Shown here piece by piece: positions 32,831-44,783 of a stretch of DNA of 64,000 bases. The stretch's first letter is position 1, and each line of letters begins with the position of its first letter. The stretch is taken from contig VJWM01000192.1 of the NCBI GenBank assembly GCA_010909165.1, positions 357,411 through 421,410 on the forward strand. The letters run 5' to 3'. The DNA is from Anthoceros angustus (lineage: Eukaryota > Plantae > Anthocerotophyta). The notes beneath the pieces are model-generated. The model did no database searches and was not told the DNA's origin. It worked only from the letters and a program-made list of their open reading frames with translations. Position numbers and translations under genes: made by a program.

Positions 32831-35719
32831 TATTCTTTACAAGTGTCTGCCTGAAACAAATGTGGGATTTTAGAACAGAGCATATCCAGCTTTTCAACCT
32901 ACCAGATATTGGATAAACCTCACACCACTAGTATTTAGGTCAAAGTCAGAATAGCGCTTAAACTTCAATGCTTTTATGTATCACTGTCTTATTAGTCCCA
33001 TGACGAAAATTCCGTCCTTAGTAGACTTCAATATAGTTTTTCTTCTTCTTCAAATATCTACGTCATATAGGTATCCAATACTTATTATGGATAGGTCCAT
33101 AGGATTTTTATATAGTACGTATAGATTCGTGTGTATTATATGTGCAACATCACCTTTTACCTCAAAGCTTAAAATAAGAATTCTCACCCTCACAAAAGGG
33201 GACAATGGTGTACCAAACCAGCCACCAATAGACTTCCAATCTTCTGCTTTTCCTTGGTATCTAAACTAGATGTCCAACTTAGCTCAATGCTCCGAGTTAG
33301 ATTTGGTAGGGTTGGGCCAAATGATCAATGGTTTGATTGGTAACCCATTAGGCTGCAAATAGGCATGCTCACCTCGGCCTTGGCCAACCCGATCAGGCCG
33401 TGATTGGGCTTGTTCAGCCTGGCCTTGGGCAGCCCAATGGGGCTTGATCGAGCAGCAAGGGTCATTCACGCTTTAAAGCCCCAATTCCAACATACAATTT
33501 TCTAGTCATAGTCCACCACGATGACGACTAGGAGAATCTTGTACAATCATCATCTAAACACAAGTTGAAGAGGGAGGTGTCATGTCGTGTGATACTAATC
33601 TCTGCACTTGAGTTTAGTGTTTGATTAGCATTAATTAATCTAATTACTTATCTTTAAGTAAGTAATTAGTGTTAATTAATCTAATGTGCTTTTGTTAATG
33701 AATCATTGATTAGTGTTAATTAATCTAAGGTACTTATGTTAATTTAAGCATTGATTAGTGTTAATTAAACATGGTTAGCAATAGCTAAGTGGATAAGCTC
33801 AAGTAATATGCTTTGGCATATTCCTTGCATATTATAGTGTATTCTTAGGATATTTCCGGCATATGCTAATGCCAATAGGATATCTTAGGAATATGCCGAT
33901 GCCAAGGGCTAGTATATATAGACCCTTCCATTGAGGACAAGCTCAGATCATGGCTTGTCCTCTATATATGCAATGCAAGGGTGTTGTGAGGAGGCCAAAG
34001 CTATGACTCTGAGAGCGATGTGTGAGGAATTTGCGCGTTGTTCTCGTGGGGAGAGTGTGTTTGTGCCATGATGTGCGAGCTACTTCCTCCTGTTGTTATT
34101 GGTTTGCACCTATATATCTGCGTATTAGATTTGTTTGCTTGGTTGTTGGTCGAGGAAGTCCTTATATGAATTCAAGTGCTTACCTCGTGCGACAGAGGTC
34201 TTATGGGTGGACTCTTGTCGAACAGGTTACCTCAAGGGAGGAGAGGTTGGATTTCATTGCACTTTATCCCAGTGATGTCACATAGAGTACAAAGTAAACG
34301 AAAGCCACTTGAGCAGCTCAGATTACTGCTTGTGGATCCAAGCTGCTCGAGCACATTAATGGAAGCAGCTCAGATCCTTACTAGTGAGGGGGATATTTCC
34401 CTACTTGAAACAATCAGGTGCTTGCTGGAAATGAACCCTCGAAAGAAGAGAGGGAAGAAGGTGCCCAAAACCGTCATCGTGTAATATATGAACATCCGGT
34501 TATAAAGTTATGAATGGATGCGTATATTCGGGGCTTCAGACCATGCAACGTTATTTACATGACTAGCTTGACTAGACCCTGCTACCTAACCCGAACTTTG
34601 ACGCAATCTATGAGCGCTTCATGTTGTTTAATGACAAGACCCAGAAGCCAATGTCTACTAGAATTTTCAGATCTCTTTATTCTTGCAAGGCTACGATGGC
34701 TCTATCATGGTCACCCTAATCGCATCAAATATTGTTCCCATCAAGTTATTGGCTTCCTCCATATTTCACGGACATATCGATAGTGGCGGCCACCTACAGG
34801 AACTTTTGTTGGTGGCTCTTGAATCCTTTTGTTTATTCGCTGAAGAGTAGTATTTTTTCTTGCCAAATTCGAAGAACAAGTTGGTATGTCGGCACGGAAG
34901 CACAGGCTTGTCTTGTTGGTTTCTTTGTTTTTGCACCGTGTATTTATTTGTCCTCCTGTGGCATTTCCCCTAGAACATCAGCTCTCTTCTACTAGCGATT
35001 CTATGCCCCTCTTTCCGGTCATGTGCATGGCTTTTCTTTGGTGGCTCAAGTTTTGACGCGCATGTTTTAGTTTTCTAGTGTGTCTTTCTTTTTTGTGGTT
35101 CCAGTCCTTTTACAACACGGAAAAACCTCAAATGTTAGTCAACTTTAGTACTGCAACCAAGCAAAAATCATCATAGCAAATGTTCATACGTTTAAAATCA
35201 TCTAACTGTAAGTGACTCCTGGTTAGCTTAAATATGACCCCTCCGTCGAAGCCGGATTAGATACTTAATTCCAGCTACAAGCACAACCGTCACTTTAACC
35301 CCACATCTCAAACGCCCAAAGTAGCTTCAGAAGCCCAACAATTTGCAATCGTTGCAGCTCTATCTGTAGTGCATCATAGTGAGCTCAAAACTAGGCATCC
35401 AGGTTTATTGCTACCACACAGGAGATTTGCTTACAAACGTATCTTCAAGATAAACATCATGCCAAATAGTGAACGTGTTCACGCTGCCTCACGGTGCATG
35501 GATCATATACCTTTTTGCCTTGGCACTTGTCTTAAAGGAATGTCGTTATTCTTCGAATACGTCCACCTTACAATACATGCCATCATCAGGTTGGATTGTT
35601 AGATCTTAGGAAAACTCACTTTAGCTTCATTACATATTAACTTCATATACTAAATATTAAATATTCATTAGACAACACACAAACTACTCGTGACATAAGG
35701 ACTTTTCTTCTTGGTTGCT

Positions 35720-36297
35720 TTGGCACGACTTTCGCTGACGGCCAGCCGGGCGCGCACAGTCCCGTGTCGTTGTAGTAAGGGGTCCGTTCCCAAAGGAATG
35801 ATTGGTTCCGTTTTGCACGTCTCGAACCGATTCTTGCCTCGCCGTCGTGGCCGTTTCCACCCAAGATCGCGCGCGCTCGCGGTTTTACTATTAACTACTC
35901 TTAAGCGTCCACCGAACAGACCCGGCGTGGCCAAACGTTTAAGGACTCGTTCGCGTCCGTATCCTACCAGTCCGTCCTACGTTTTGTCTAGTCCGTCCTC
36001 CTTACCACTCTCACTACGTTCATCATTAGTTGGGGAAGAGTGGGTGGGTTGCGTGGTCCGGACCTCCGTCGCTGTTCCACCAGGCCTCTCCGTCCGGGCT
36101 CTACACGCCCTCCCGGAGTTCCACCGGTCTCACTCGTTCCGGTCCATCCGACGTCGGCCACCTGCTCTGGAAGAGCAAGGGTCTATGGTCGTTCGCCCCT
36201 GCACACACCACCACACGTTAGGGTCCGTCACCAGGACCTTGATCAATCTCTCCGGGGCTGTCGTGCCTGCTCAGTGACTCAGGACTCGCGTTAGCAA
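35720..36297 (+). repeat. Dispersed LTR-like repeat, copy 1 (homologue at ~61900-62420)
   Basis: The copies share CCGTGTCGTTGTAG.AAGG.G..CGTTCCCAA(A)GGAATG, CGTTCGCGTCCGT and the terminal GTGACTC.GGACTC.CGTTAGCA. Confidence 0.7.
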
Positions 36298-36630
36298 GGG
36301 ACGTACAAGGGTTGTTAAAAATAACCCGCTTAGTTATTTGGACATTGCATGGTATCTTTGGGTTAGCTTAATATAGGTAGGTTAGCTCTGGTAGTTATAA
36401 CCGTCACGAAAGACTTTGCTTATGTATTGTTCTCACTTTGTTTTGTTCAGTGCAGGATTCTAGCATACAAGCGTGTTGAGCGATGTGTGTTAGAATATGT
36501 TACATAGTATCGAGCCAGCACTTTGCTGGCCACGGCTAATTGATCCACTCTTTGATCACAAGTTTCTTTTATGGGATTTATCAAAATACATCTTGTTTTC
36601 TTGTATAGCTTCTAATGCAGGAAAGGCAAG

Positions 36631-37089
36631 ATGCCTCGCAAGGGAGTTTGTAGGCATTCATGGCTTGATTCTGCCACATCTGACAGATCAAGACCTTTGG
36701 TGGCTTCAGATGTGCAGGTCTTTGGAGAGCAGTTTGAAAATCTTTATTTCAAGAAATCTTTAACTCCTGAGCAGCAACAAGAACGATTTCGTTTCTTGAA
36801 AACATTTATCGATTCTTATGTTCCAGACCATTCTGTTGTTCAATCTTCTGCACAATCCGTAAACTTGGACAGGATAGGCAGACCTTCTTATGTGGAGTCG
36901 AAGCCTATGGAAGCCAATGCCTACAAAATCTATAAGTCACAAGGTGAATCTAGAAATTGTGATATCTTCTTGAATTCTTTATTGAATGTCAAGTCTGCTG
37001 TTTTGGAATCCTCCCACAAGATAAATCTTCTGAGTGTGCGTTTGGATATCCTTGAGAAGCAAAGAGAATCAGAACTTCTTCTGCCGTGA
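36631..37089 (+). CDS. Extra ORF between PBS and gag of Copia-2 (152 aa, unknown function)
   Basis: Uninterrupted ORF with a C-terminal heptad-like segment (SHKINLLSVRLDILEKQRE). It is preceded by an acceptor-like TTCTAATGCAG. Confidence 0.5.
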   Translation: MPRKGVCRHSWLDSATSDRSRPLVASDVQVFGEQFENLYFKKSLTPEQQQERFRFLKTFIDSYVPDHSVVQSSAQSVNLDRIGRPSYVESKPMEANAYKIYKSQGESRNCDIFLNSLLNVKSAVLESSHKINLLSVRLDILEKQRESELLLP

Positions 37090-40000
37090 ACCAAGAGTTG
37101 GTTGTGAAGAATCATTCCAAGGAGGTTCATTTTCTCAAGGAGCAGATGGCTCACTTGAGCACTCCGTCTTCCTAGCCTATTTCTTAATTATCAGGCATCA
37201 TGGCGACTGATTCTATCTCAGATAAGTTACAAGACAAAGATAGGCTCACCTCATCTAACTATGATGCCTGGTCTTTCCGGGTGAAATGTATATTAGAAGA
37301 GAGACTGTTGATGGACGTCGTTGATGGTACAATTCCCAAGAGGATTGCTGGAGATGACTCAGGCTCTCTCTCACCTGGAGGCATAAATAAGAAGTTATGG
37401 ACTATGAAGGATGAAATGGAGTGGAATCATAAAGATCGTAAGGCAAGGACTATCTTGGTGGCATCAGTCTCACAAGAGATGATCCCACATATTAAGCTTA
37501 CCCGATCCTCAAACGAGGTCTGGACGCTGTTGTCGGACACTTACGAGTCTAAGGACATTATGTCAGAAGTTGCTGCTACAATGCATTTCCAGAATCTTCG
37601 AATGAAGGAGAGTGACTCAGTAGAGAGTCACGTCGCAAGATTCAGAGCAGCAAGAGCTAAGTTGGCCTCATGTGGAGTGATTCTATGTGAATCCAGAGCA
37701 GCAGTTCAGTTGTTGGCCTCTCTCCCTCCAAGTTATGAACAATGGAGTTCCAGCCAACAAGCTTCTGCCACTGTTACTCCTGCAACTGCCTCATCTCCTG
37801 CTACAACGAATTTAACAGTTCAGAAGATAGTGGGAGCTTTGTTGCAGGCAGAAGCCAATCGAAAACATATGAACATCAAAGCAGGTGGTTCAACTTCTCA
37901 CCGTCAAAGTGACACTGCGCTCTTCTCTCGTGGGAGATTTAGAGGCAGGGGTCGTGGACGTGGAGGCTTTGTACGCGGGAGAGGACGTGGTTCCTTCGCC
38001 GGTCCTAGCTCTAGTTCACAAGGAAGTGGGAAGAAGTCAGGTAATTACAATTATTGCAACAAACCTGGACATTGGATAAAGGATTGCCGAAAACGCATGG
38101 CTGATGAAGCGTCTAAGGGGAAACAACCAGAAGCAAATGCAACCAGAGCTTCTACACCTGGACTCCTGGTCGCATGTTTGTCTTCGTCTGCCAAAGACTC
38201 ACAAGTTTGGTTTTTAGATTCAGGTGCTTCAAACCATATGTGTTCCAACAGCAGATCTTTTGTCTCTTTTGAACCAGCCCCTGCCAGTCATGCACGTGCA
38301 GTTGTGTTAGGAGACAATTCAGAACTTCCAATTAAAGGAATGGGCACTGTAGTTGTAACACTTCAGAATGGTGACACTCTGCAGCTAGAAAATACCTTAT
38401 ATGTACCACAGTTGACTAAAAACTTGGTCAGTACTATGGCGTTAGGTAAGACAGGCCTGTATAGAATTGTCTTTGAGGGTTTGCAGTGTGTAATCTCTAC
38501 TGTTTTGTCTCCTCTGGAGGTCATAGCTCGCGGCATACCCATAATGACTTGTATGTCTTAGATTTTGTTTCAGTAGCCCGTCATGAGTCTGCACATGTTA
38601 TGGATACACCTTTGTCAAAATCTGCTCTAGCATTTAGATGGCACTGTAGATTAGGTCATCCCAACATTGAGGCCATGAGAAGATTATTGAAAGAGAAGAT
38701 GGTAACTGGTTTCTGATTCGACATACGGACTTGGAACTTTGTGTTGCTTGTGTTCATGGCAAGCAGTTCAAGTCTCATTTTGAATCTGGTAAAACAAGGA
38801 AGGCAGCAGAGGTTTTAGATCTCATCCATCTTGATATATGTGGCCCCATGTCTATGCCCTCTTGGGGAGGAGCCGGATATTTTGTTGTTTTGAAGATGAT
38901 AAAACACATTTTACGATATGAGTCTGAAACACAAGAGTGAGGTGTTTGTGATTTTAAGAGATACCTCGCTTATCTTTGAGCGCCATCTGGTGTCAAGTTG
39001 AAGTGTATCCGTTACGATAGCGGCAAGGAGTACCTCTCAAGCGCCTTTGGGAATCTTGCCAAGGCGAGGGATTACCAGACAACTCACCATTCCCTATCAC
39101 TCTGATATGAATGGACGTGCTGAAAGACGACATCGTACCATTCAGGATGCTGCCCGCTCTCTTTTGTTTCAGGGGAGGCTTCCAATTCGCTTCTGGGCAG
39201 AAGCGGTGCAAGTGGCTACATATTTACAGAATCGTACAGCAATTTCTTCTTTACAAGGATGTACTCCCTTTGAGTCTTGGACAGGAGTCCGACCTGACAT
39301 TTCCCATTTGCGTGTTTTTGGTAGTATTGCCTATGCACATATCCCAGACAAGTTACGTCATAAAATTTCTTTTAAGTCAAAATGTCATGTGTTTATAGGA
39401 TACACTGCAGGCATCCATGGCTATAAGTTGTTCGAACCTGTTTCTCGGCGAGTTGTCCATGCTCGCACTGTGGTCTTTGATGAACGCTCTCTTTTGAAGC
39501 CTCCTGTCCTTTCTGAAGATGATACGTTATTTGGGTCAGTTCATGGTGAAGCCCTTGTTCCTCCAGAAGTTGAGTTAGCTGATTCTGACCTTAGTGATGT
39601 TGCAGTTTTTCCGGAGTTTGATCCGTCTCATCCTGATCCTCCTGATTTGGATCTGACTCCTCCACCAGTTGACCCTCCCGCACCTGCAGTGCCTATTGAG
39701 CCAGATCCCCCTGTTGAGCCAGATCCCCTTGTTGAGCCAGATCTCCCACCTCCTGTTGTTCCAATTGCTCCCGACTTTGCTGTTGATGACCCGGTGGAGT
39801 ACGTCATCCCCCCTCCAGATCCTGATGCTGCTCCTTTGCGTCGTTCTGCAAGGCATCACAGGAGTAGAGATCAGTGGCTTGACCCACCTTATGAAGCTCC
39901 GGACTGGCGGCCTATTGCACATCGACCTGTTCCTCGGACAGTGGGAGTTCGACCCGATGAGATTGTTGGGGAGTTTGTTCATGTCACCGTTCAGCCTGGC

Positions 40001-43000
40001 TATGAACCTCAGTCTTTTCATGAGGCTGTTTCTGGTCCAGAGTCCCGTCACTGGCTGGCTGCTGTTACCTCTGAGTATGACTCGCTTATTCACAATCAGA
40101 CTTGGGAGCTTTGTCCCCCGCCTAAGGGGAGGAAAATCGTGAGTAGCAAGTGGGTTTTCAAGCTTAAATATAAAGCTGATGGCACTATAGCGAGGTACAA
40201 AGCCCGTCTAGTTGCTAGGGGCTTCTCTCAGGTGCCAGGCCTTGATTACCATGATACTTTCTCTCCCGTGGTCAAGCTCGATCTTCTGAGCCACATTTGC
40301 CATGTCTGCTTTCTTCTCTCTGTTCATTCACCAGATGGACGTTAAAACCGCATTCTTACATGGCAAGCTTGAAGAGGAGATATATATGCAGCAGCCCGAA
40401 GGCTATGAAGTGGCTGGAAAGGAAGACTGGGTATGTAGATTACTCAAGACCATCTATGGGCTGAAGTAGTCCCCGAGAGCTTGGTACCAGTGTATCGACG
40501 AATTTCTCTTGGAGCTTGGTTTTAAGAAGAGTAATGCTGATTCCAATGTCTATTTTCTGCAAGATGAGACAGGTTACGTAGTGTTAGCCCTCTATGTGGA
40601 TGATTGTATCTTGCTTGGGACTGATCTGGAAGGCATCAACAAGGTGAAGTCGCTCTTAGCTGGTAGGTTTGATATGGTTGATGTAGGGGAGGCATCTTCT
40701 TGTCTTGGCACTTTCAGTGCTGCGAAGTTCGAGACCGCACGTTAGTGATACATCGGAAAAGTACATTTTGATATGTTATTCAAGTACAAATTGTTGGATG
40801 CCAAGCCGCGGCTACCCCTATGGAGGCGGGTTGTAAACTTAGCTTGCGGTCTCCTCGGGCCTTTCTGAAGTTGAAGAGATGCAAGGTGTGCCATATGCTC
40901 AGCGGTTGGATCATTGATCTTCTTCAAACCATACAAGGCGATGTTTCTCTTCCGATCGACATCCGTCAGTTCTTGAAGGAACTGGCAAGATGCGGTCATC
41001 GATGAAGAGGATTTTGCGCTATTTAAAAGGGACAAGCAAGCATGGAATACATTATACTAAGCGAGGCATACGAAGGAGAACCACTTACGTTGGTTGGCTA
41101 TTGTGATGCCGGTGGCGTCGAATCCGGACACTAGGAAGTCGATTACCTATCGTTCCTTCTTCTTTGGTGGTGTGATTACCTGGTCATCGAAGAAACAGAC
41201 TACAGTATCTTTGTCGTCTACAGAGGCTGAGTATGCTGCTCTAACTCAGGCAGCAAAGGAAGGCATATGGCTTAGGAGACTTCTCTGTGACCTTGGACAA
41301 GAGCAGAAGTCACCTACAACCATCTATTGCGATAATCAGTCGGCACTGACCTTAGCTCAAAATCTTGTTTTTATGCTCGTACCAAGCATATAGAAGTCCA
41401 TCACCACTTCATCAGACATGCTGTCTCATCTGGTCAGATTAGTCTTGAGTACATACCCACTGATTCAAATGCAGCAGACATTTTAACTAAGTCTCTAGCG
41501 AAGATAAAGCACAATCAATTTAAAGAAGCATTAGTCCTAGACTCTGTTCACCTTATCTCTCGATGAGTATTAGGGTGCCAGCATGAAATTCAAGGTTATC
41601 AGTTTGTTCTAGAAGGACTCGACTACGATCTGAGCGCTAAATAGCTCTATCAAGGATGTCTCCTTGTTCTTGCTTTGTCTTAGTATCTCTAGGTAGTTCG
41701 GATCAAACTTGTGCTCGAGCTCTTCGTCGAATCCTCGTCTTACATCCCATACTCCACTCCGGCTTCATCATGCATTCGTTGTCGGACAGGAGCACAGGGC
41801 GTTCTGCGATCGAGTTTAGTGAGTAGCGGTTGGCCTCAAACCACAACAATAGTGGAAGCAGTTTAGAGGTGCAGCATGCTTACTGTAGAATGAAATGAAG
41901 TTCCCGTCCTCTCCACCCCACCTGAACCAGTCCTCTCTCACCATTGGAATGCCAGTGATTGTTTAAACATAAGCTTCAGGTGTCAGTGGGTCGTTGATCC
42001 CATTACCATCAGTGATCAACCTCACAGTCTGTGTTCTATGCCCTCTTGGAAGAGTGTAAGGTCTTGGGTTGAGGGGTGCAGGAAGAATAACGTACTCCTC
42101 CTCTTCTGGTGGTGGCGCTTTCACTGCGTTCAGAGGACCACGAGGTGAGAGGCGGCTGTACGCATGAGTGGGAGCGACGACTCTTGGAATAACAGTCCTC
42201 GCGGCAGCTTCTCTTGAGTGTTCTCGGTGGGCGGTGGCACCAGTAGGTGTTTGAAGCTGCCTTCTCAGTGCGGTGACTTCGTGCACGAGCACAGCTTCAC
42301 GCTCCTCCAGCTGGTGAACCCTCTTTGCCCAGTTCTGACTCGTGCGGTGAGCTTCTCTCTCCAGTTGCTTCAGCCACCTTGGAACTCTCCCATGGCGCGG
42401 ACACATTGGAGGACGGTCTGGACAGATACACTCCGGAGGGGCACCAACGTCAGCAGTAGCGTTCTTTGATGTGACGTTTGGGGCGAGATAGGCAGCAAAG
42501 TGTGAAGGTAGTGGCTCAAGCTCCTCACGAGGGGCTTGATTCTGGAGCTGTTGCTGACTTGCTTCTCGTCAACTCCCTTTTGGTCTTCTTGTTGTCCATC
42601 TCCGTCTCTTAGCTGGTAGGTTTGATATGGTTGATGTAGGGGAGGCATCTTCTTGTCTTGGCACTCAGTGCTGCGAAGTTCGGACGCACGTTAGTGATAC
42701 ATCGGAAAAGTACATTTTGATATGTTATTCAAGTACAAATTGTTGGATGCCAAGCCGCGGCTACCCCTATGGAGGCGGGTTGTAAACTTAGCTTACGGTC
42801 TCCTCGGGCCTTTCTGAAGTTGAAGAGATGCAAGGTGTGCCATATGCTCAAGCAGTTGGATCATTGATCTTCTGTTCAAACCATACAAGGCCTGATGTTT
42901 CTCTTCCAGTCAGCATCACGTCACAGTTCTTGAAGGAACCTGGCAAGATGCACTGGTCATCAGTGAAGAGGATTTTGCGCTATTTAAAAGGGACAAGCAA

Positions 43001-43579
43001 GCATGGAATACATTATACTAAGCAGGCATACGAAGGAGAACCACTTACGTTGGTTGGCTATTGTGATGCCGACTGGGCGTCGAATCCAGACACTAGGAAG
43101 TCAGTGTCGGCCTATGCGTTCCTTCTTGCTGGTGGTGTGATTACCTGGTCATCGAAGAAACAGACTACGATATCTTTTTATGCCGTCTCTGAGTGGTATC
43201 TTGCTCTAACTCGGCGACAAAGGCATATGGCTTAGGAGACTTCTCTGTGACCTTGGACAAGAGCAGAAGTCACCTACAACCATCTATTGCGATAATCAGT
43301 CGGCACTGACCTTAGCTCAAAATGCTGTTTTTTATGCTCGTACCAAGCATATAGAAGTCCATCACCACTTCATCAGACATGCTGTCTCATCAGGTCAGAT
43401 TAGTCTTGAGTACATACCCACTGATTCAAATGCAGCAGACATTTTAACTAAGTCTCTAGCGAAGATAAAGCACAATCAATTTAAAGAAGCATTACGAGTC
43501 CTAGACTCTGTTCACCTTATCTCTCAGTAAGGTATTAGGGTGCCCTGACTGCATGAAATTCAAGGTTATCCAGTTTGTT

Positions 43580-44783
43580 CTAGAAGGACTCTGACTCTGA
43601 TCCTGAACTGCTAAATAGCTCTATCAAGGATGTCTCCTTGTTCTTGCTTTGTCTTAGTATCTCTAGGTAGTTCGGATCAAACTTGTGCTCAGGCTCTTCG
43701 TCAGAATCCTCGTCTTCTGTCCCATACTCCACTCCAGCTTCATCATGCATTCGTTGTCTGGACACTGGGAGCACCAGACGTTACTGCAGTCAGGATTTAG
43801 TGAGTAGCGGTTAGCCTCAAACCACAACAATAGTGGAAACAGTTTAGAGGTGCAGCATGCTTACTGTAGAATGAAATGAAGTTCCCGTCCTCTCCACCCC
43901 ACCTGAACCAGTCCTCTCTCACCATTGGAATGCCAGTGATTGTTTAAACATAAGCTTCAGGTGTCAGTGGGTCGTTGATCCCATTACCATCAGTGATCAA
44001 CCTCACAGTCTGTGTTCTATGCCCTCTTGGAAGAGTGTAAGGTCTTGGGTTGAGGGGTGCAGGAAGAATAACGTACTCCTCCTCTTACGGTGGTGGCGCT
44101 TTCCTTTGCGTTCGAGAGGACCACGGTGAGGCGGTATGCGCATGAGTGGGAGCGACGACTCTTGGAATAACAGTCCTCGCGGCAGCTTCTCTTGAGTGTT
44201 CTCGGTGGGCGGTGGCACCAGTAGGTGTTTGAAGCTGCCTTCTCAGTGCGGTGACTTCGTGCACGAGCACAGCTTCACGCTCCTCCAGCTGGTGAACCCT
44301 CTTTGCCCAGTTCTGACTCGTGCGGTGAGCTTCTCTTTCCAGTTGCTTCAGCCACCTTGGAACTCTTCCATGGCGCGGACACATTGGAGGACGGTCGGGA
44401 CAGATACACTCCGGAGGGGCACCAACGTCAGCAGTAGCGTTCTTTGATGTGACGTTTGGGGCGAGATAGGCAGCAAAGTGTGAAGGTAGTGGCTCAAGCT
44501 CCTCACGAGGGGCTTCAGTTACTGGAGCCTGCTGCCTGACTTGCTTCTCAGGCGTCAACTCCCTTTTGGTGCTGCGACTGTCCATCTCCGTCTCTTCCGA
44601 GCTCTCTGTGTCCGAAACACGAATTGGGGATCTCCTTGTTCCCACTGAGCTGCGTTGCGCCATTCTCAGAGAGTTCCCAATTGTTGATCCGCTGAAGTTC
44701 TTCTTGCCGCCATGCGATACAGCTGCAAGCTTTGAAGTCAGGGACTTTACTTTCGGCATGCGTGAAGAGAGTCTGGAGTACAA
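43580..44783 (-). CDS. Antisense accessory ORF inside Copia-2 between RNase H and PPT (possibly two exons)
   Basis: ORF 44085-44783 continues via frameshift as in copy 41963-42406. It has CICPDRPPMCPRHG followed by a coiled coil. A candidate intron 43864-43765 joins to the acidic ORF ending at 43580. Confidence 0.5.

Noticed and set aside
33579-34281. Possible LTR (purine tract before TG, TATA, 10-bp inverted repeat, ends in CA); similar impression at 8820-9330
   Set aside because: No partner LTR, PBS or TSD in the window to support boundaries.
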